DNA of 64,000 nt from a virus (Duplodnaviria > Heunggongvirae > Uroviricota > Caudoviricetes). The notes beneath the pieces were generated by a model. That model was not told where the DNA came from, did not search any database, and saw nothing but the letters and a program-made list of their open reading frames with translations. Shown piece after piece: positions 8,953 to 16,246 of the stretch. The stretch is from positions 1-64,000 of IMG/VR virus record IMGVR_UViG_3300029288_000054. One strand, given 5' to 3'. Position 1 is the first letter of the stretch; every line of letters starts with the position of its first letter. Both the position numbers and the translations under genes were made by a program.

Positions 8953-10010
8953 GTGCGGTAGGCACGTTTACGAATCAAGAGAAATGTGGTCAGGCAGGGC
9001 TGGGCGAGGCACGGTACGGTGCGGCAGGCAAGGCTCGGCTCGGTTGGGTCAGGTAAGGTCTGGGTGCCAATGGCACATTTACAAATCAAAGAGTGATGAG
9101 GTCAGGTATGGTCGGGTTGTGTACGGTTAGGTCAGGTGTGACAGGGTGTGGTCGGGCAGGGTCTGGGTGCCAATGGCACATTTACAAATCAAGAGGAATG
9201 TTCGGCTGGGTAGGGTCTGGTCAGGTGTAGCTTGGTCGGGTCAGGCTCGGTAGCGTACGGTCAGGCTAGGTTTGGTGCGGTAAGGTTTGGGTGCCAATGG
9301 CACATTTACAAATCAAGAGTGACGTGGCAAGGTAAGGTTAGGTGCGGTAGCGTCCGGCAAGGTCTGGTGTTGTAAGGTTAGGATGGGTCAGGTAGGGGTG
9401 CCAATGGCACATTTACAAATCAAGAGTGACGGTTTGGCGGAGCAAGGTTCGGCGGGGCTCGGCGGGTACGGTGTGGTTGGGTTCGCTAGGGCTTGGTATG
9501 GCTAGGTACGGTAAGGTAGGGGTGCCAATGGCACATTTAAATCAAGAGGAATGTGGTGTGGTGCAGTACGGCGGTGCTCGGTTAGGTTCGGTAAGGTTCG
9601 GTCAGGTGAGGTGTAGTAGGGCTTGGTAAGGTAATGTGCGGCGGGGTTCGGCTGGGTCGGGTGAGGGTGCCAATGGCACATTTACAAATCAAGAGGAATG
9701 TTCGGCTGGGTATGGTGCGGTAGAGTAGGGCTTGGCAGGGTAAATGTGTGGCTGGGCTTGGTTGGGTCGGGTGAGGGTGCCAATGGCACATTTACAAATC
9801 AAGTGAAAGCGGTGAGGTCTGCCAAGGTCGGGTCTAGCGAGGTCAGGCCGGGTACGGTCGGGTACGGTGTGGTAAGGTTTGGGTGCCAATGGCACATTTA
9901 CAAATCAAGAGGAATGGTTGTGTCGGCCAGGGTCTGGTCGGGAGGGTGGCGTCGGGCAGGGCTAGGCCCGGTCGGGCAGGGTATGGTAGGGGTGCCAATG
10001 GCACTTTACA
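8953..10010 (+). ncRNA. array of nine putative guide-RNA units: (GGY-NN)13-22 tracts each closed by a ~31-nt hairpin repeat
   Basis: repeat GGGTGCCAATGGCACATTTACAAATCAAGAG at 9062, 9165, 9289, 9396, 9520, 9665, 9775, 9881, 9990 (last truncated) plus a degenerate copy at 8953; intervening tracts are 5-nt periodic GGYNN; RNA function is inferred. Confidence 0.8.
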
Positions 10011-10026
10011 TTCATTAACTGGAGAT

Positions 10027-10548
10027 ATGATGAGCTATATGTTTAAACCGAATCCAGAATCGCGTGCTGCAGTTGAACGATTGATGGCTCTGGCAGCAAA
10101 CAGAGATCGCGGCGAAGTCATGCAATGGCAGGAACTTGAGCGAGCCAGCGGTATTGGCCGTTATCAATTGATGCGCGAAAACGGGACTGCGAACGGTGCC
10201 TACATTATGAAACGCTTTCACGACAGGATGTTGGAAGAGCGTGGTATCGAGATTTGGCCTGAACGCGAAATCGGTGTTCGATTGCTTTCGGGCCACGAGC
10301 AGGCGACGTTGCCATTCAAGCATCGATGCAAACGGGCACGTAGGCAATTTAGGAAGTCTCTAAAGACAATGAATTTTCTGAATCGCGACCCGAAAGTCAG
10401 CCTTAGCATTATAGATGCTAGGCTGGTCGCTATGCAGCTTGAAATGGCAACGCAGAACATCGAGATTTTGAATCATCAATTGCGTGACGTTAACAAGAAT
10501 CCGCCCGGCTCCGAGAGTATCGACAGACCACCACCAGCCACAATGTAA
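10027..10548 (+). CDS. array-associated protein, predicted winged-helix N-terminus plus helical C-terminus
   Basis: GGAG RBS then ATG 10027 right after the last repeat; RGEVMQWQELERASG...RGIEIWPEREIGVRLL resembles a wHTH; the 9883 start in the track lies inside the array. Confidence 0.7.
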   Translation: MMSYMFKPNPESRAAVERLMALAANRDRGEVMQWQELERASGIGRYQLMRENGTANGAYIMKRFHDRMLEERGIEIWPEREIGVRLLSGHEQATLPFKHRCKRARRQFRKSLKTMNFLNRDPKVSLSIIDARLVAMQLEMATQNIEILNHQLRDVNKNPPGSESIDRPPPATM

Positions 10549-10571
10549 AGGAAGCTGATAAATAGGTATCA

Positions 10572-10601
10572 GTTAACTAGGCGGCTGAGTGATGCTATAA
10601 T
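10572..10601 (+). promoter_or_regulatory. putative promoter (shared consensus)
   Basis: GTTAAC-18nt-TATAAT; ATCAGTTAACT identical to the copy at 8140. Confidence 0.6.
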
Positions 10602-10635
10602 TAGTTGCTTGGCTCGTATCTATCTGGAGCTCTAT

Positions 10636-11901
10636 ATGGAAGATCAATACCTCTCGCGTCACGAATTAGCTGCATTTCTTGGTGTTTCGGTGCGGTCGGT
10701 TGACAGGAGGGCTTCCGATGGTGGCCTTCCAGAACCGATTTGGTTGGGCTCACCAAACGGAAAGAAATCTCGCAGGTGGCGAAAATCTGCTATTGTTGCT
10801 AAGTTGGAATCAACAAATAGCCCGGTGTCGGTACCGGTATCAATACAACAGCCGATGCAGCAAGTATCGGCACAGCCAGCGTTACCCACAACCAAAGGTC
10901 CTATCATGATTCAGACTTCCGACTTCACCACGATGATCCCAAACTCCAGATCGCTGCTACACAAGGGTGATAATGTTGGTCCGAAGTATCGCGAGATAGG
11001 AGGCAGTACCGATCTGTTGAAGAAAACAGAAGTTGTTCTCACAAGAGAGAAGGCTGCAGAATTTCTGAAGTTTAAGGAGTTCATTGCGGAACGGTCGCTC
11101 AAGACGCAGCATGTCGCTGATTTACAGAAGCAGATGGTTCGTGGTCTATTCAGACCGGAGCTCGTCATGTTGTCGACGGCATATTGTCAAGAGGACAAGC
11201 AAACCTATCGTTTGAATGGCCAACATTGTTGTTGGGCTGTCTTCAATCTTCCGTCTAATTTCAATCCGGAGTATAAGATCAATCTGCTGCATTACAGATG
11301 TAAAACGCTTGATGACGTCCGTATCTTGTATAGCACGATTGACCGAAACCTTGCTCGGTCACCTATGACGGTTGTCAACTCGATTCTTTTCGGTAGGCCG
11401 GGATATGAGAAATACAGCCAACAAGTATTAAGTTTGGTCGTCGCTGGATTCTCTACGTGGAAGTGGGAATCGTACAATGAACGGGTCAAGTTCGATACTG
11501 ATGCTAAGTGTCATATCATGGACACTGAGTATCACCAACTAACTCATCAAGTCATGGATTTCTGTCATGAACATGTCCTGAATAGACGACATTTAAAGCG
11601 AGCATCCGTGGCCGCTGCAATGTTTGAGACGTTTCAAAAATGCGCGGCTGATGCCAGTCGTTTTTGGGAATCTGTTGCAACTGGTGTCGGATTCGAAAGT
11701 CGAAAAGATCCTCGCCTAAAGTTGAAGGAATACCTCGACCAAAATTGGGTTTGTATGCGGGGCGGCAGCGATACATCGAAGAAAGCCGTAGGGCAAGAAG
11801 AGATGTATCGCAAGTGTATAAAGGCTTGGGATAAATTTCGTAGCGGTGAAGAATGTTCTTGCCTTGTATTGAAATCCAAAAGTCGGCAGAGGGCTAAGTG
11901 A
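10636..11901 (+). CDS. AlpA/excisionase-like HTH fused to a ParB/Srx-like domain
   Basis: YLSRHELAAFLGVSVRSVDRRASDGGLPEPI...RRWRKS is an AlpA-type HTH; ERSLKTQHVADLQKQM...RLNGQHCCWA...YSTID resembles the ParB-N DGQHR family; GGAG RBS. Confidence 0.7.
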   Translation: MEDQYLSRHELAAFLGVSVRSVDRRASDGGLPEPIWLGSPNGKKSRRWRKSAIVAKLESTNSPVSVPVSIQQPMQQVSAQPALPTTKGPIMIQTSDFTTMIPNSRSLLHKGDNVGPKYREIGGSTDLLKKTEVVLTREKAAEFLKFKEFIAERSLKTQHVADLQKQMVRGLFRPELVMLSTAYCQEDKQTYRLNGQHCCWAVFNLPSNFNPEYKINLLHYRCKTLDDVRILYSTIDRNLARSPMTVVNSILFGRPGYEKYSQQVLSLVVAGFSTWKWESYNERVKFDTDAKCHIMDTEYHQLTHQVMDFCHEHVLNRRHLKRASVAAAMFETFQKCAADASRFWESVATGVGFESRKDPRLKLKEYLDQNWVCMRGGSDTSKKAVGQEEMYRKCIKAWDKFRSGEECSCLVLKSKSRQRAK

Positions 11902-12530
11902 TTATGAGCCTTATTGAAGAGTTGCAGCCGTTTCCATATGAACAGTACAAAGGAATTGTACTTGATCCACTGGTCATCTATGCAATCAACGAGATCGCTG
12001 AGAGGGGTATTGATCCTTCATTCGAGAACATTGTAGCGGCTTCATATTTATTATTTCCGAGGAAGTTCTCGCTGCAGGGTTACCCTACATTTCCGGATGC
12101 CCTTAGAGTTGATCACGTATTGCGGCGCAGCATCTACAAGACACGCAGATGGCTTCGAGGAAAATCCAAACAAGGTTTTACGCTGACCGACGTTGGATAC
12201 AAAATCCTACGAGAGGTCAAGGAAGCTTTGTCGGTAGCACCCAAATCATCTAAAGAGTATTCACATACACGGCGATACGACAGACTTCTTGCTGAAGTTA
12301 GGCGGTCGTCGGCATTCGTCAAATATCAGCAAGGTGATCAAGAATCAATTACAGCATCTGATTGTTGCTATGCTTTGCAGTGTACTCTTGACTCTGATTC
12401 GCACATTCGTATTACTAATTTGCGGCAACTTCGCACAATCGCAGCAGATCTCGAACAGAATGATATTATAATATTCTTGGATTGGCTTGGTGATCGATTT
12501 GATCATATCATCAAAGGATACGCTCGATGA
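11898..12530 (+). CDS. winged-helix-like hypothetical protein
   Basis: SFENIVAASYLLFPRKFSLQGYPTFPD...GFTLTDVG wHTH-like pattern; coupled to both neighbours. Confidence 0.6.
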   Translation: MIMSLIEELQPFPYEQYKGIVLDPLVIYAINEIAERGIDPSFENIVAASYLLFPRKFSLQGYPTFPDALRVDHVLRRSIYKTRRWLRGKSKQGFTLTDVGYKILREVKEALSVAPKSSKEYSHTRRYDRLLAEVRRSSAFVKYQQGDQESITASDCCYALQCTLDSDSHIRITNLRQLRTIAADLEQNDIIIFLDWLGDRFDHIIKGYAR

Positions 12531-14761
12531 GAACATTCACTATTACTGCGGACCCACGTTTGGTGGCTCGTCGCGTTAAGACCGCCATCCAGGGGGACGT
12601 TATAAAAGCCTTAGCCGAACTTATCACCAACTGCGATGATAGCTATCGGATTCTGGAAGGCGATAACGTTCCCGTGAACGGTAATATCGATGTCGTCTAC
12701 CACAAACAAGGGCGGTTTGCTTGTCGGTTCGCTGTGAGAGATAATGCTGCTGGTATGTCGTACGATGAATTATCTCGTAGCTTTGAATTTTATGGCTCTT
12801 CGACCAGCGGTTTCAAGAGCGGCAAATCTGTGACAGGGTTCTTCGGTACCGGTGCCAAGAACGCACTTGCAGCAATGATTGGTGGCCGTATGTGCACTTT
12901 TAAAGACGGCATCTTCACCGAATGCCGTATCTTTTTTAAGGATGATGTTCTATCTGGTGAGATTGACGATGCGCGACCAGCAACAGCCGCGCTTCGATTA
13001 GAACACGGCATAGATGGAAACGGAACAATAGCCTATTTCATGGCTGATCCTGATAAGGGCTTGAAGGTGCCGCAGTTCGATACCGTCTTCTCGTCTCTTG
13101 CAAATAGCTGGCGGTTGCGTAAGATAATGTCTAATCGCAAGAGGCGTGTAACTCTCGTTAATGCTGGTGATAAGAATCGAAAGCGTCATTTGAGTTATGG
13201 TATATTAAGGGGTATTGAGGTAGCAAACTTACCTATCACAACCGCTGTTGACGGATATGGCGAATTCAATGCTCACGTGATTCTATATCGTGCTGGCGAT
13301 GAACTTTCACAAAGTGGGGAGGAGCGGCAAGGTGGCCTGCTTATTGTCGACGACGCCCAATCTGTTCTGGATATTTCATTATTCAAGTACGACAACGAGC
13401 CATTGGCATCACATTTATTCGGCGAACTAGTCATTCACGGTTTCCGTGAATTGATGGAACGTGAAGAGCCCATTCTTAAAGAAGAACGCGATGGTATAAA
13501 TCATAGCCATCCTGTGTGTGCTGCAATCATTGATGAAGTTGAGCAGCGCATTGGCCGTGCAGTCAGAGAAGAGGAACAACGTCGTCGGCAATCGCAGGTA
13601 AAGCCAGATTCTGCGGAAACCAAGCGTTATATGGCCGGAATAAACGTATTAAATGCGATTGCAGAGGCAGAGATCGAAGATATTGTCGATTTAGGGCAGA
13701 AATTGAATAGAAAGGACGAGACTAGACCAGAAAGTATGGACTTGTTGCCGTCATCAGCACATGTTTCTATCGGGAAGCAATGCGTACTTTATGTCTTCAT
13801 CAATACAAAAGTCATCCCACCCGGAACACGTGTAGCCATAACGTGTACAAACAAACTACAAATTGTAGGCAAGGAGGCTTTCGTAGTTTCGAAACCAAGA
13901 AGTGACACAAAAGTAAAAAATCTTTCCATATGCCACGTGACAGTTAAGGCGTTTGAACTTGGTGAAGCCGTTTTGACCGTGGAATGCGGCGATTACTCTT
14001 CGAGCTCTACTATTTATATCGATCCAGAGAAAGAAGAAAAGGAGTTGTTATATAGTGAAGGTCTCATCTTTCGACCGCAGCATCTATCAGTACGGCTGAA
14101 CAAGGTGAGAGAATCATCTTTGCTTATTTATACTCCAGTAGTCACTGATGGCATCAAAGTACGTATCAGAGTTGAAGGCGACGATAGCGAAAACGTCTTC
14201 GTATCGCCAGAAGAGATTGAGGTAATAGCAAGCGATGCCAAGAAGGACGTTATCGAGCACAAGGTTGAAGTCTGGGGCGACAGTATTGGTGCCAAAGCAC
14301 TTATCGTTGCTGAGACGGAATTCGAGCAAGTTGCCTTACTTGAAGTTTGTGTTCGCGAATCTGTAGAGGATGAAAAGAATCGAGGGAAAGGGATGTTCAA
14401 CAAACCTTCCTTCGACTTGTCTGAGCAGGACCCAAGCCAAAGGACGTCCTACAGCAAAGAGACTGGGCAAGTGATTATATATGGTAACTTTCCGTCTGTT
14501 CGGCATTATCTCGGTAAAGATTGCCGATTCAATAAAACGCTTGCCGGGCAGGTGTTGATTGCTGATATGGTTGCTGAACGATGTTTCTTTGAGATCGCAA
14601 GGGCCAAGGTTGATCGCGGCGTTGCACTGGGTAGTGGAGAACAGAGGGTTGAGAAGATTAGAGGTATTGCTGAGATGTTATCTAAGAAATACGGCCACAC
14701 AATTCACGCGCAGATGGTTGACAACGATCTGATCGATGCCGACCGTTCGCAAACCGATTAA
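12527..14761 (+). CDS. GHKL-family (HATPase_c, MORC/Hsp90-like) ATPase with beta-rich C-terminal domains
   Basis: Bergerat motifs ELITNCDDS, VRDNAAGMS, GFFGTGAK, GNGT. Confidence 0.8.
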   Translation: MRTFTITADPRLVARRVKTAIQGDVIKALAELITNCDDSYRILEGDNVPVNGNIDVVYHKQGRFACRFAVRDNAAGMSYDELSRSFEFYGSSTSGFKSGKSVTGFFGTGAKNALAAMIGGRMCTFKDGIFTECRIFFKDDVLSGEIDDARPATAALRLEHGIDGNGTIAYFMADPDKGLKVPQFDTVFSSLANSWRLRKIMSNRKRRVTLVNAGDKNRKRHLSYGILRGIEVANLPITTAVDGYGEFNAHVILYRAGDELSQSGEERQGGLLIVDDAQSVLDISLFKYDNEPLASHLFGELVIHGFRELMEREEPILKEERDGINHSHPVCAAIIDEVEQRIGRAVREEEQRRRQSQVKPDSAETKRYMAGINVLNAIAEAEIEDIVDLGQKLNRKDETRPESMDLLPSSAHVSIGKQCVLYVFINTKVIPPGTRVAITCTNKLQIVGKEAFVVSKPRSDTKVKNLSICHVTVKAFELGEAVLTVECGDYSSSSTIYIDPEKEEKELLYSEGLIFRPQHLSVRLNKVRESSLLIYTPVVTDGIKVRIRVEGDDSENVFVSPEEIEVIASDAKKDVIEHKVEVWGDSIGAKALIVAETEFEQVALLEVCVRESVEDEKNRGKGMFNKPSFDLSEQDPSQRTSYSKETGQVIIYGNFPSVRHYLGKDCRFNKTLAGQVLIADMVAERCFFEIARAKVDRGVALGSGEQRVEKIRGIAEMLSKKYGHTIHAQMVDNDLIDADRSQTD

Positions 14762-14800
14762 TAGGTATTTTAGTACTAACCATCACTACAGGAGAATGTC

Positions 14801-15403
14801 ATGAAGGGTTGTCTTTGGGCTGCGTTGGGCCTTGTGGGTGTTGTACTACTGGTCGTCGTCATCGCCGGATTGTCATGGTGGGGCTGCTATAGCACCCTCA
14901 ACGTCGGGAACCATACGGCGGAAGAGAAACTCGCCAATGTCGGGTCCGCTCTCCAGCGACGGCTCGATCTCATCCCCAACCTCGTCAGTGTTGTGAAGGG
15001 ATATGCGAAGCACGAGCATGATACGTTCGCAGACGTTACTAATGCTCGTGCGAAAGTCGGACAAATCAATATTAACGCGGCTTCCGCTGATCCTGCTCAG
15101 ATGAAGAAGTTCGCAGAAGCCCAAGGCGATTTATCTTCGGCCTTATCTCGCTTGATGGTGGTGCAGGAGAAGTATCCGGAATTGAAGGCTAACGAGAACT
15201 TCAAAGATCTCCAATCACAGCTTGAAGGAACCGAGAATCGTATCAAGGAAGAGCGGGACCGCTATAATAAAGCAGTCAAAGAACAGAATATCGCCATCGA
15301 CGGTCTGTTCTCCGGTATAGTTGCCAATTGCCACGGCTTCAAGAAATGGGCTAGCTTCGAAGCGGTCGAAGCTGCGAAGACAGCACCGAAAGTGGAGTTC
15401 TAA
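14801..15403 (+). CDS. lemA: LemA family protein
   Basis: N-terminal TM; LQRRLDLIPNLVSVVKGYAKHE, EKYPELKANENFKDLQSQLEGTENRI signatures. Confidence 0.95.
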   Translation: MKGCLWAALGLVGVVLLVVVIAGLSWWGCYSTLNVGNHTAEEKLANVGSALQRRLDLIPNLVSVVKGYAKHEHDTFADVTNARAKVGQININAASADPAQMKKFAEAQGDLSSALSRLMVVQEKYPELKANENFKDLQSQLEGTENRIKEERDRYNKAVKEQNIAIDGLFSGIVANCHGFKKWASFEAVEAAKTAPKVEF

Positions 15404-15408
15404 CGAAC

Positions 15409-16230
15409 ATGAAACGCAAACAGGGTTTTACGCTCGTTGAATTGCTTGTAGTCGTCGCCATCATCGGTATTCTCGTTGCGATGGTGATTCCGGCGATTCA
15501 GAAAGCGCGTGCCGCTGCATCTACACCGACGCTGCGCGGGCCGGTGAATGATGATGCCAAAATCCTCACAGCCACGCAAGTAGAGAATCTAAGCGACATT
15601 CTGTTGAAGTTCGAAAAGGCAACAACGAATCAAGTTGTTGTTCTCACGATACCGACTTTGAATGGTCGTGATATCAGCGAGTTTGCTGTCGAGACGGCAA
15701 AAAGTTGGAAACTTGGTCAAAAGGACAAGGACAACGGCGTATTGTTCGTCGTAGCCTTCAAAGAACACAAAACCTGGATCACTACAGGTCGCGGCATAGG
15801 CGATAAGCTTACTGATGTCGATTGCCGTCGTATTCTTGCTGACAAGGTGAAGCCAGCGTTCAAAGCTGGTGATTATGCCGCTGGTATCTATGCCGCGATT
15901 ACCGCCATTGAAGTTAAGCTGTCCGGGAAAGCCGAAGCAGTCGACGCCAAGGCACTTGGAGCAGCAGGAGTTGCTGCGGCTGGAGCAGGGGCCGTAGCAG
16001 TCAGTTTTTGGCTTACTGGCTGGGGCATTGCTACGATCATACTTATAGTGATCGTCGTCTTAATTCTCGTCGCCATAATGGCGTCCAACAGCGGCAGCGG
16101 TGTTGGCGGCGGTATTTGTAGTGTGATCGGCGATATTGCTGATAGTGGAGGCAGTAGTAGCAGTGATAGTAGCAGTTACTCTGGCGGCGGTGGCGATTTT
16201 GGTGGCGGTGGGGCTGGTGGTGATTGGTAA
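15409..16230 (+). CDS. TPM-domain (YgcG-like) membrane protein with a prepilin-type N-terminal cleavage/methylation motif
   Basis: MKRKQG|FTLVELLVVVAIIGILVAM; VNDDAKILT...WKLGQKDKDNGVLF...FKAGDYAAGI; TM helix; SGGGGDFGGGGAGGDW tail. Confidence 0.9.
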   Translation: MKRKQGFTLVELLVVVAIIGILVAMVIPAIQKARAAASTPTLRGPVNDDAKILTATQVENLSDILLKFEKATTNQVVVLTIPTLNGRDISEFAVETAKSWKLGQKDKDNGVLFVVAFKEHKTWITTGRGIGDKLTDVDCRRILADKVKPAFKAGDYAAGIYAAITAIEVKLSGKAEAVDAKALGAAGVAAAGAGAVAVSFWLTGWGIATIILIVIVVLILVAIMASNSGSGVGGGICSVIGDIADSGGSSSSDSSSYSGGGGDFGGGGAGGDW

Positions 16231-16246
16231 TTCATAAGGAGGAGCC

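Noticed and set aside
8988-9989. Simple microsatellite, telomere-like or purely G-quadruplex element
   Set aside because: GG-N3 spacing could form two-tier quadruplexes, but that would not explain the fixed pyrimidine at position 3, free NN variation, hairpin delimiters or linkage to a RAMP-like gene
8953-10010. Canonical CRISPR array
   Set aside because: The repeats are CRISPR-sized and palindromic, but the spacers are 71-116 nt, vary in steps of ~5 nt and are GGYNN-periodic rather than captured foreign DNA; no cas1/cas2 or effector operon is present
8953-10010. TIGR (box C/D) array
   Set aside because: Only one GTGATGA (9093), no regular box C/D pairs or dual 9-nt spacers, and the adjacent protein looks RAMP-like rather than Nop-domain
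8730-10018. Short G/R/V-rich or P/T-rich ORFs across the array (8730-9056, 8915-9130, 9426-9629, 9582-9791, 9698-10018 and the 9883 start)
   Set aside because: Artefacts of 5-nt periodic G-rich DNA; no RBS, and the repeats fall in changing frames
9555-11730. Self-target of tract 6 in the ParB-like gene (NN read as codons gives V-A-T-G; the protein has VATG)
   Set aside because: Only the first four units match and the rest is out of register; consistent with chance
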